Source: Bacteroidales bacterium
GTDB lineage: Bacteria > Bacteroidota > Bacteroidia > Bacteroidales > JBGRPZ01
DNA: 64,000 nt
Assembly: GCA_041725955.1 (NCBI GenBank)
Contig: JBGRQE010000011.1
Coordinates: 348 to 64,347 of the forward strand
Reading direction: 5' to 3'
The position numbers were made by a program, and so were the translations under genes. Of the stretch, positions 27,816 through 35,835 are shown in pieces; positions within the stretch are counted from its first letter, which is position 1; the number at the start of each line of letters is the position of its first letter. Under the pieces are notes generated by a model, which saw only the letters and a list, made by a program, of their open reading frames with translations, was not told the origin of the DNA and ran no database searches.

Positions 27816-27912
27816 GGGGCTAAAAAAAATTAATTTTTCTTACTATTTCTAAAGCTTAAAAAAAGACGTTAAGAAAGCTTATGCCTTTTAGAAAATTAAT
27901 CGTTTTAGCCCC
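27816..27912 (+). other. Long-range imperfect inverted repeat enclosing a second small dyad (possible 3'-UTR structure or terminator)
   Basis: The left arm ggggctaaaaaaaattaatttttct (27816-27840) pairs with the right arm agaaaattaatcgttttagcccc (27890-27912) as 10 bp + bulge + ~9 bp. Inner AAGCTT...AAGCTT dyad at 27852-27880. Starts 35 nt after the DUF3276 stop. Confidence 0.4.
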
Positions 27913-28057
27913 CTATTCTTTGTAAAATATTTCTTTTCCTTTGATTTGAACTAAAAGACCTTTGCATCCGTTAAAGAACAAAGCATTTGATCTTATTGTC
28001 TGTTTTTAATTAATTTAATACTGCCAACCATTTTGTCTCAATTTACTACTAGATTTT

Positions 28058-28870
28058 ATGGGAAAAGTAATAGCTATAGCTAATCAAAAAGGTGGAGTAG
28101 GAAAGACAACTACCTCAATTAATCTGAGTGCAGGTTTTGCTGTATTAGAATACAAAACCCTTATCATTGATGCCGATCCTCAAGCAAATGCCACTTCTGG
28201 TGTTGGGTTTGATCCTAAAAACATCAATGCAAGTATATATGAATGTATTCTTGATCAAATTTCACCTCATAAAGTAATTTCACCTACGAAAACTCCTTTT
28301 CTAGATATTCTGCCTGCCCATATAGATTTGGTTGGTGCAGAAATAGAAATGATTAATATGAAGAATCGTGAAAAGGTTATGTATGAAGTTATATGCAAAA
28401 TAAAAGATGCATACGACTTTATCATCATAGACTGTTCCCCTTCACTTGGTCTTATCACTGTCAATGCTCTTACGGCTGCGGATTCTGTAATTATCCCTGT
28501 TCAATGTGAGTATTTTGCATTAGAAGGTCTTGGAAAATTACTAAACACAATAAAAATTGTACAAACACGTCTTAACAAGCATCTAGATATCGAAGGCATT
28601 CTATTAACTATGTTTGATCGTAGACTACGCCTCTCAAAACAAGTAGTTGAGGAAGTAAGAACTCATTTTCAAAACATGGTTTTTAAAACCTTAATAAATC
28701 GTAATACACGATTAAGTGAAGCCCCAAGCTTTGGTGAAACAATTATTATGCATGATGCCTCGAGTACTGGTGCTATTAACTATTTGAATCTAGCACGAGA
28801 GATTATTTGTAATAATGGACTTTCGAAAAGAAAGAAAAGAAATAAAAAGCTGACTGAAGATGAAATCTAA
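28058..28870 (+). CDS. parA: Chromosome partitioning ATPase ParA/Soj
   Basis: 270 aa. Deviant Walker A KGGVGKTTT, plus IIDADPQANAT and IIDCSPSLG. Confidence 0.93.
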   Translation: MGKVIAIANQKGGVGKTTTSINLSAGFAVLEYKTLIIDADPQANATSGVGFDPKNINASIYECILDQISPHKVISPTKTPFLDILPAHIDLVGAEIEMINMKNREKVMYEVICKIKDAYDFIIIDCSPSLGLITVNALTAADSVIIPVQCEYFALEGLGKLLNTIKIVQTRLNKHLDIEGILLTMFDRRLRLSKQVVEEVRTHFQNMVFKTLINRNTRLSEAPSFGETIIMHDASSTGAINYLNLAREIICNNGLSKRKKRNKKLTEDEI

Positions 28871-29738
28871 AAAACACGCTCTGGGCAGAGGTTTGCAAGC
28901 TATACTAGAAAGCCCTCAAACAGATATTACCTCACGAGATATCTCAGGAGAGTTTGTTGTTGGTGCAATAGCAGAAATTTCAATACAAAAAATTGAACCC
29001 AACCCTTTTCAGCCACGAACAGAATTTGATCAGAAAATGATAGAAGAGCTCGCTGAATCTATAAAAGAGCAAGGAATTATTCAACCTATTACTGTGCGAA
29101 AATTAGGTTTTGATCAATATCAACTTATCTCTGGCGAAAGAAGACTTAGAGCAAGTAATCATGCACAACTAACAACTATCCCAGCTTATATAAGAGTTGC
29201 AAATGACGAGCAAATGCTCGAAATGGCCTTAATAGAAAACATTCATCGTCAAAACCTCAATCCAATAGAAATAGCAATAAGCTATCAAAGGTTACTTGAG
29301 GAATGTAACTTAACACAAGAAGAATTAAGCCTTAAAGTAGGTAAAAACAGAAGTACAGTATCAAACTTTATTCGACTTCTAAAACTCCCTCCTAACATAC
29401 AAATTGCCTTAAAAAACAATGATATAAGCATGGGACATGCCAGAGCTTTAATTAATATTGAAGACAAGAATTTACAAAATAAAATATTTAGACTAATTAT
29501 TCTAAAGAAACTTAGTGTTAGACAAACTGAAGAAATTATAAAGAATAATAATCAACAAAAAGTTAAAAAAAACAACATAGAACAAAACTCACAAGACATT
29601 GTCTACCAAAAAGATTTAACCAACCTATTTAATACTAAAGTCGAACTAAAGCGAAGTGTAAAAGGAAACGGTAAACTTGTAATTAATTTTAAATCGGAAA
29701 ATGATTTAGAAAGAATTTTAACTTTGCTCGAAAAATAA
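28860..29738 (+). CDS. parB: Chromosome partitioning protein ParB/Spo0J
   Basis: 292 aa. PNPFQPR and LISGERRLRAS ParB boxes, and an HTH (QEELSLKVGKNRSTVSNFIRLL). Overlaps parA by 11 nt. Confidence 0.93.
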   Translation: MKSKKHALGRGLQAILESPQTDITSRDISGEFVVGAIAEISIQKIEPNPFQPRTEFDQKMIEELAESIKEQGIIQPITVRKLGFDQYQLISGERRLRASNHAQLTTIPAYIRVANDEQMLEMALIENIHRQNLNPIEIAISYQRLLEECNLTQEELSLKVGKNRSTVSNFIRLLKLPPNIQIALKNNDISMGHARALINIEDKNLQNKIFRLIILKKLSVRQTEEIIKNNNQQKVKKNNIEQNSQDIVYQKDLTNLFNTKVELKRSVKGNGKLVINFKSENDLERILTLLEK

Positions 29739-29755
29739 TTCAAAACTATTTTAAC

Positions 29756-30367
29756 GTGCTAAAGGGTCTCAAAATCTATTTTAAAAAAAGAGCAATATGG
29801 ACTGTTATTTTCTTAACTATTATCAGTTCGTCTTTTGCTCAGAAAAAAGCAATTGTCACCGACTCCACAAGGATTGAAGATAAGAAAGACATAATTATAA
29901 TGCCCAAACCTCACAATCCAAGGAAGGCTACATTGTATTCTGCTGTTTTACCAGGATTGGGACAAGCTTACAATAAAAAATACTGGAAAATTCCTATTAT
30001 TTATGCTGGCTTTGCTACTTTCGGATATTTTATTGTTAGTAATAATACCGAATACCAAAACTTTAGAGAAGCTTATAATTACTTAAGTAATGGCAAAATA
30101 GGATCCCCACCCAACGATCTTAGTGAGAAATATTCCCTGGAACAGCTTCAGCAAGGAAGAGACTATTACAGAAGAAATTTTGAATTCACAATTATTCTTA
30201 CAAGTCTGTGGTATATATTAAATATTGTCGATGCCTCTGTAGATGCACATTTATTCAATTATAATGTGAGTAATGACTTATCTTTGCGCATTGATCCAAT
30301 GTTTGAACAAACACCAATAATTCAAAAAAGACCTCAAACAGGACTCAAACTCACTTTAAAATTTTAA
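29756..30367 (+). CDS. DUF5683 domain membrane protein
   Basis: 203 aa. SAVLPGLGQAYNKKYWKIPIIY motif. Conserved position between parB and dapB in Bacteroidetes. The start is GTG at 29756, and there is no in-frame ATG that keeps the signal sequence. Confidence 0.65.
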   Translation: MLKGLKIYFKKRAIWTVIFLTIISSSFAQKKAIVTDSTRIEDKKDIIIMPKPHNPRKATLYSAVLPGLGQAYNKKYWKIPIIYAGFATFGYFIVSNNTEYQNFREAYNYLSNGKIGSPPNDLSEKYSLEQLQQGRDYYRRNFEFTIILTSLWYILNIVDASVDAHLFNYNVSNDLSLRIDPMFEQTPIIQKRPQTGLKLTLKF

Positions 30368-30370
30368 ATT

Positions 30371-31096
30371 ATGAAAATTGCTCTTCTCGGCTACGGCAAG
30401 ATGGGAAAAGAAATACAAAAATTAGCAGAAACAAGAAATCATCAAATTTCATGTATCATTGACAATGATGACGATTGGAGTAATAAATACGAAGATTTTT
30501 GCGATTGTGATGTTGCTATAGAATTCAGTACTCCTGAAAGTGCAATTAAAAATATAAGAAGATGTTTTAAAGATAAAGTTCCTATTGCGATAGGCACTAC
30601 CGGCTGGCATAAAGAATATGATAGTATAAAAGGTGAATGTGAAAAGGAAAAAGCTTGTATGCTATTTGCTTCAAACTTTTCAATTGGTATGAATATTTTC
30701 TTCGAAATTAATAAAAAGCTAAGTAAACTCCTTAGTAATTATAATGAATATAATGCCAGCATTGAAGAAACACACCATATTCAAAAATTAGATGCCCCCA
30801 GTGGAACTGCCATAACAATTGCGGAACAAATTATATCCAATAGCAGTACCTATAACCAATGGAAACTCAAAGAAGATTATAAATCAGATGAAAAGGATAA
30901 TACCTTAGAAATTGAGTCAAAACGAATAGGGCAGGTACCCGGAACACATACTGTTAATTGGGATTCTTCTATTGATTCTATTCAAATTAAACATGAAGCA
31001 AAAAACAGAAAAGGCCTTGCTTTAGGAGCAATTCTAGCAGCAGAATTTATAAAAGATAAAACTGGTGTATTTAGTATACAAGATTTATTATTTTAA
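30371..31096 (+). CDS. dapB: 4-hydroxy-tetrahydrodipicolinate reductase
   Basis: 241 aa. N-terminal GYGKMGKEI nucleotide-binding motif and the signature EETHHIQKLDAPSGTA. Confidence 0.9.
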   Translation: MKIALLGYGKMGKEIQKLAETRNHQISCIIDNDDDWSNKYEDFCDCDVAIEFSTPESAIKNIRRCFKDKVPIAIGTTGWHKEYDSIKGECEKEKACMLFASNFSIGMNIFFEINKKLSKLLSNYNEYNASIEETHHIQKLDAPSGTAITIAEQIISNSSTYNQWKLKEDYKSDEKDNTLEIESKRIGQVPGTHTVNWDSSIDSIQIKHEAKNRKGLALGAILAAEFIKDKTGVFSIQDLLF

Positions 31097-31127
31097 TTTT
31101 AGAAAAATTACTAATTTCATACTTCAA

Positions 31128-31170
31128 CATTGAGTGTGATTTCACACTAAAATATTCTAATCACACTCAA
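31128..31170 (+). promoter_or_regulatory. Perfect 12-bp inverted repeat with an internal competing copy (alternative hairpins or triple protein-binding motif)
   Basis: ATTGAGTGTGAT (31128-31139) pairs perfectly with ATCACACTCAAT (31159-31170). TCACACT also occurs at 31140-31146, so AGTGTGA can pair with either copy. Located between the dapB stop (31096) and the lepB ATG (31238). Confidence 0.4.
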
Positions 31171-31237
31171 TCTTCTTCCTTTAAACTCAACTCGTATCTT
31201 TCTTCTAATAAGTTTTTTATAATCTTATTTCCTCCAT

Positions 31238-32722
31238 ATGCTCGTATACATACTAATTTCCCCAATTTTATTTTGTTATATTGCATTTTTCTCTAAAATA
31301 GTCTTTGAAACCAATAAACTTCCAAAATGGTGGGCTTTAATTCCATATTGGAATATATTTCAGTGGACCAGATTAATCAATTTACCTCCAATAATTAGTT
31401 TACTAGCTTTTGTTCCATTCATCAATTTACTTTTCTTTATTTTTCTTGTCTACAAAATCTTAGAAAAAAACAACTTTAATAATCTTTGGGAAAACATTAT
31501 CGCATTACTACTCCCTTTTATCTTCTTCCCTCTTTACTTTAAAAATAAACTTAAAATAAAACCTGACTCTTCTGTTTCTGCATACTCAAAACCAATTTGG
31601 AGATCATGGCTACATACTTTTATTTTTGCAATTTTATCTGCAATTGTAATCCGACAATTTATTGTTAGCCCTTATATAATTTCATCTTCTTCTATGGAAG
31701 GCACCTTGCTCACAGGAGATTATACAATAGTATCAAAATTAAATTATGGGCCTAGAATTCCTCTACCATATTTAAAAAATGATAAAACCAAAGCAGGGAA
31801 CAATAGAAATAGATATTTTAGTTTTATACGCCCTAGTGGCCTCTCAAAAATAAGAAGAGGAGATATTTTAGTTTTCAACTTTCCAGAAGGAGATACATTA
31901 ATAAAAAATCAAAAAGGATATTACTCATATTATGATCTAATTCGAAACATTGGCAGGAAAACAGTACTGTCAGATCCTCAGGCTTTTGGATATCCTGAAT
32001 ATATACCTATTAACAAACGTCAAAATTTTGTAAAGAGATGTGTAGGTTTACCTGGAGATACATTTTCAATTAAAGAAAAACAAACATATGTTAATTCTCT
32101 AAAATTTCCACTCCCATCCAAAGCTCAATTTTTATATTTTGTAACCACAAATGGAGACAAAATTTCACCAGCGTTCTTTCAAAATAATAATGCAAATAAA
32201 TACCCTAATGAAGTAGGTGTTAATCAACAAGCTATTTGGATGTCGCCTAAAGCCAAAGAAAAATTGGAAAATCTTTCCATAATTACAAAAATAAAAGAAA
32301 GACAAGAGCATAAGAATTGGTGGAATAAAGAGATATTTCCGCATACGGAAAATTATCCCTGGAATTCTGATAATTATGGACCTATAGTAATTCCATACAA
32401 AGGAATGAAAATAAAAATCACAAAGTCAAATCTACATTTATACAAAAGAATAATTATTCATTATGAACACAATGATTTAGATTATATAAACAATGAATTT
32501 TACATAAATCAAATAAAAACATCAACCTATAAAATAAAACAAAATTACTTCTGGGTAATGGGTGATAATAGAGATAATAGCATAGATAGCCGATTCTGGG
32601 GATTTGTACCTGAAGATCATATTATAGGAAAAGCCATTTATGTTACACTATCAGTAAATACTGAAAATAAAATATTATCGTCAAAATTTAGATGGAAGAA
32701 TTCTTTTCAATTTTTAAAATAA
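31238..32722 (+). CDS. lepB: Signal peptidase I, paralogue 1, with extended N-terminal membrane domain
   Basis: 494 aa. Catalytic Ser box SSSMEGTL, Lys box KRCVGLPGD, box E GDNRDNSIDSRFWGFVP. N-terminal multi-TM region with a WWALIPYWNIFQW motif. Confidence 0.9.
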   Translation: MLVYILISPILFCYIAFFSKIVFETNKLPKWWALIPYWNIFQWTRLINLPPIISLLAFVPFINLLFFIFLVYKILEKNNFNNLWENIIALLLPFIFFPLYFKNKLKIKPDSSVSAYSKPIWRSWLHTFIFAILSAIVIRQFIVSPYIISSSSMEGTLLTGDYTIVSKLNYGPRIPLPYLKNDKTKAGNNRNRYFSFIRPSGLSKIRRGDILVFNFPEGDTLIKNQKGYYSYYDLIRNIGRKTVLSDPQAFGYPEYIPINKRQNFVKRCVGLPGDTFSIKEKQTYVNSLKFPLPSKAQFLYFVTTNGDKISPAFFQNNNANKYPNEVGVNQQAIWMSPKAKEKLENLSIITKIKERQEHKNWWNKEIFPHTENYPWNSDNYGPIVIPYKGMKIKITKSNLHLYKRIIIHYEHNDLDYINNEFYINQIKTSTYKIKQNYFWVMGDNRDNSIDSRFWGFVPEDHIIGKAIYVTLSVNTENKILSSKFRWKNSFQFLK

Positions 32723-32946
32723 AGGTATGATGACTTTTTTAGTACACGAAAATTATATTTCATCGACTCCTTAATTCTAAATTTATTAAATAATGACTCT
32801 ATCAAAAGTATATAAGCCCGAACAAAGGCTATATCGATTAAGCATTTCACTCTGTCTGCATACTATAAATAAGCATACTACATATAGGAGGTAGCCTTAC
32901 CTTACTTTTGGATCAAGGCAGGTGATGATTGCTCTTTACTCCAAAA

Positions 32947-33084
32947 GGTTTTCATCAAATACCTAGGAGGTTTTCATCAAACACCTAGGAGGTTTTCACC
33001 AAATATCTAGGAGGTTTTTATCAAATATCTAGGAGGTTTCCACCAAATATCTAGGAGGTTTTTACCAAATATCTAGGAGGTTTA
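32947..33084. repeat. Six near-identical 22-bp tandem units (plus partial seventh), locus 2 of the repeat family
   Basis: Units start at 32947, 32969, 32991, 33013, 33035 and 33057 (ggttttcatcaaatacctagga and variants with 1-4 substitutions). Decayed, roughly 22-bp-phased copies flank the core (TAGGAGG at 32885; AAGG motifs at 33095, 33116, 33139). Confidence 0.9.
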
Positions 33085-33319
33085 GGTCTAATTCAAGGTA
33101 AGTGCCGAGGAATTTAAGGGTAGGAATGGTAATGATTTAAGGTAAAAGTAATGACGATTGTTAGTAGGGCTTAAAGGCGTTTAAAGTATAGTAAAAATTA
33201 TTGACGTGTACTTAGTAACTTTTTATTGACTCAATTCATACAATAAACTAGCTATTTTAACAACTTTATCAATATTGATTTGTATTTTCGCAATTCAAAA
33301 CCATAATGACAGAAGTTTT

Positions 33320-34834
33320 ATGCTAGAATTTGTTATATTATTACCAGCTTTATTCACTTTTCCAGCAATTTTCGCATGGAATTTATTTGTAAAAGCGGGC
33401 ATACCAGGATGGAAAACTATAATCCCTTTTTACAATCTTTTTGTTTGGTTAAGACTTATTGAAAAACCTCTTTGGTGGTATATCATACTGATAATTCCTT
33501 TTATCAATATTTTTGTCTTGATGCTAATGGTAATTGAATTATTAAAATGTTACAAAAAACATTCTTTATTAGACCAAGCATTGGCTGTTATTTTTCCTTT
33601 TTTCTATTTACCATGGTTAGGTTTTCAAGAAGAAACTTTTACTGCTCCAAAGGACCAGGAAAAAATTAAAAAAGGTTTTGTTCGTGACTGGGTCGATACA
33701 ATTTTATTTGCAGCAATTGCAGCAATGATAATTAGAACATTTTTGGCAGAGGCGTATACAATACCAACCTCATCGATGGAAAGTTCTTTACTTGTAGGAG
33801 ATTACCTATTTGTAAGTAAATTAGCTTATGGTCCAAAAGTACCTAATACTCCTTTATCATTTCCATTTGTTCACCATACACTACCTCTGTCAACAGAAAA
33901 AAAATCATATTTAGATTGGATTGAATTGCCAGACTATAGATTCCCTGGTTTTGGTAATGTAAAAAAAGGAGATGCTGTTGTTTTTAATTATCCTGCCGGA
34001 GATACAGTTTCCACCAAATTTCAATCAAACATATCTTATTATGACCTTATTGAAAAATACGGTAGAAAAAAAGTATTGAGTAACCCTGCTACTTTCGGAG
34101 AAATCGTTTATCGTCCTATCGACAAACGTGAAAATTATATAAAAAGATGCATTGGAGGCCCTGGCGATTCTCTATACTTAAAAGATAAAATTGTTTATAT
34201 AAACGGGAAAAAAGCTCCAATACCAGAAAACTCTCAAGCACTTTATTGGATTAAAACTAATGGAACACCTATTTCCAATTACTATTTCGATCAATTAAAT
34301 GTTTCTGAATACCAAGAGTTTCTTGGTAAAGACAATGTTATGTGGGCTCAATTAACAAGGGCAGCGAAAGATAAAATTGAAAAACTGCCAAATGTGTTAG
34401 AAGTTCAAGTGAATTTAAGACAAGCAGGAACTCCTAATACAGATGTATTTCCAAACGATATAAATTATTCTTGGAGTATGGATAATTTTGGTCCTATATA
34501 CATCCCTAAAAAGGGAGCAACGATAAAATTATCTCAAAAAAACATAGCACTGTATAGAAGAGTTATTCATGCATATGAAGGAAATTCTTTAGAAGAAAAG
34601 GATGGTAAATTCTTTATTAATGGTAAGGAAACAGATTCTTATACTTTTAAAATGAATTATTACTGGATGATGGGCGATAATCGTGATAATAGTGCAGATT
34701 CACGAGTATGGGGTTATGTACCAGAAAATCATATTGTAGGAAAAGCCTTCTTTGTATGGTTATCATTAGACAAGAACAAAACACTATTCGATGGTAAAAT
34801 ACGTTGGAATAAATTGTTCCGTGTAATTAGATAA
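33320..34834 (+). CDS. lepB: Signal peptidase I, paralogue 2
   Basis: SSMESSLLVGD, KRCIGGPGD and GDNRDNSADSRVWGYVP motifs. N-terminal GWKTIIPFYNLFVW membrane domain. I prefer the ATG at 33320 (MLEFVILL) over the track start at 33275. Confidence 0.9.
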   Translation: MLEFVILLPALFTFPAIFAWNLFVKAGIPGWKTIIPFYNLFVWLRLIEKPLWWYIILIIPFINIFVLMLMVIELLKCYKKHSLLDQALAVIFPFFYLPWLGFQEETFTAPKDQEKIKKGFVRDWVDTILFAAIAAMIIRTFLAEAYTIPTSSMESSLLVGDYLFVSKLAYGPKVPNTPLSFPFVHHTLPLSTEKKSYLDWIELPDYRFPGFGNVKKGDAVVFNYPAGDTVSTKFQSNISYYDLIEKYGRKKVLSNPATFGEIVYRPIDKRENYIKRCIGGPGDSLYLKDKIVYINGKKAPIPENSQALYWIKTNGTPISNYYFDQLNVSEYQEFLGKDNVMWAQLTRAAKDKIEKLPNVLEVQVNLRQAGTPNTDVFPNDINYSWSMDNFGPIYIPKKGATIKLSQKNIALYRRVIHAYEGNSLEEKDGKFFINGKETDSYTFKMNYYWMMGDNRDNSADSRVWGYVPENHIVGKAFFVWLSLDKNKTLFDGKIRWNKLFRVIR

Positions 34835-34857
34835 ATAAGAATTTCTCTTCTCAAAAA

Positions 34858-34901
34858 ATGAAGAATTCTCAATATTTTAAAAAATATTGAGAATTCTTCA
34901 T
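34858..34901 (+). terminator. 44-bp near-perfect palindrome / strong hairpin after lepB paralogue 2
   Basis: atgaagaattctcaatatttt (34858-34878) and aaaatattgagaattcttcat (34881-34901) are exact reverse complements, 21 bp each and 2 nt apart. Located 24 nt after the stop. There is no strong T-run, so terminator function is uncertain. Confidence 0.5.
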
Positions 34902-35011
34902 TAACTTTAAGTTAAGTTTGATCATCTATCACTATCTCACTCAACCAATTAACATACTGAAAGGATCATACTTTATAAGTTCTATTTTTTAAAATTCAAA
35001 TTTCTAAGATT

Positions 35012-35686
35012 ATGAATAGAAAAACTTCAACTCTTCTGTTTTTTATTTTTCTCTTCTCAACAATCTGTTTCGCAGCTAAAGACAAAAAACCTTTTACAGG
35101 TAAAATAGTGTATGAAATTAGTTATCCGGATTCTGATTTCACTCAAGAGGAAATTTCGATGCTACCAAATCGTATGACATTATATTTAGGTAAAAACCAC
35201 CTAAAAACTAGTATCCCTAATAAACTTGGAGTTACCGAAATAATTTTCAACATAGAAGATCATTCATCAACTGCACTAATCAATTCTACTGGTAATAAAT
35301 ATGCAATTACCAGACATCAAAAGGAAAAGAAAGATCAAAAAAAACCTACAATTACTATAACCAATGAAACAAAAGAAATAAGTGGTTATCAATGTAAAAA
35401 AGCATTTATTACACCTTATGATGAAAATGGTGTTCCCAGACCCAAAATAGAGGTCTATTTTACTGAAGAAATACAGCATCCTGGTATTTTTGAATTAAAT
35501 CCTGAATTTGAAGGAATTCCTGGATTTCCAATGGAATATGAACTTAATAATGATAATATTCCACAAAAATTAAAAGTTATTGAGGTAAATAAAAGATCTG
35601 TTTCAAAAAAACAGTTTGAAATACCTAAAGACTATGAACAACATCAGAAACTAGAAATTGAAGAGAATTATAGAAGAAAAAATTAA
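35012..35686 (+). CDS. Secreted protein of unknown function (tentatively GLPGLI/DUF4412-like)
   Basis: 224 aa. Signal peptide MNRKTSTLLFFIFLFSTICFA. ISGYQCKKA and FEGIPGFPMEYEL weakly recall the GLPGLI family. Confidence 0.4.
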   Translation: MNRKTSTLLFFIFLFSTICFAAKDKKPFTGKIVYEISYPDSDFTQEEISMLPNRMTLYLGKNHLKTSIPNKLGVTEIIFNIEDHSSTALINSTGNKYAITRHQKEKKDQKKPTITITNETKEISGYQCKKAFITPYDENGVPRPKIEVYFTEEIQHPGIFELNPEFEGIPGFPMEYELNNDNIPQKLKVIEVNKRSVSKKQFEIPKDYEQHQKLEIEENYRRKN

Positions 35687-35705
35687 ATGATATTCTACTT
35701 CAATT

Positions 35706-35761
35706 AGAAATTCTTGAGATAATTGCTGTTGACATAATCTTTCTCAGGAATTTCTTTCTTT
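35706..35761 (+). terminator. Probable intrinsic terminator
   Basis: agaaattcttgaga (35706-35719) pairs with tctcaggaatttct (35742-35755) over 14 bp including one G-U. T-rich sequence follows. Confidence 0.45.
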
Positions 35762-35803
35762 ATAAAAAAATAAAAACACTTTTTTTTACTTCTTAAGGTT
35801 TTT

Positions 35804-35811
35804 TACCTTTG
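35804..35811 (+). promoter_or_regulatory. -7 promoter box TACCTTTG for ftsK
   Basis: Exact TAnnTTTG match. It overlaps the TTG used as the track start (35809), which argues for the ATG at 35836 as the true start. Confidence 0.35.
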
Positions 35812-35835
35812 CCACAATCTACAACTAACCAAAAA

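Noticed and set aside
32947-33084. The tandem arrays (also 14953-15180 and 52949-53258) considered as CRISPR arrays
   Set aside because: Units abut each other with no unique spacers. The 22-bp period is far shorter than a CRISPR repeat plus spacer. No cas genes are in the window.
32947-33084. Arrays considered as coding repeats or a small-ORF cluster (each unit has AGGAGG, and CAT on the opposite strand)
   Set aside because: The 22-bp period is not a multiple of 3, so the frame changes every unit. No ORF of 60 aa or more is reported there. Bacteroidetes make little use of Shine-Dalgarno sequences.
31238-34834. The lepB duplication plus repeat-rich spacer considered as a mobile-element insertion
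   Set aside because: No transposase or integrase, no terminal inverted repeats or target-site duplication were seen. The paralogues are strongly diverged, and tandem lepB genes after dapB are, to my recollection, conserved in the phylum.
35809-35835. TTG start for ftsK at 35809; likewise TTG starts at 17511 (ispH) and 50930 (hydrolase), and long N-terminal extensions at 41596 (GT4), 19563 (DUF2807), 23811 (aconitase) and 33275 (lepB2)
   Set aside because: Downstream ATGs give canonical N-termini or signal peptides. The ftsK TTG lies inside a TAnnTTTG promoter box. The extensions encode implausible peptides.
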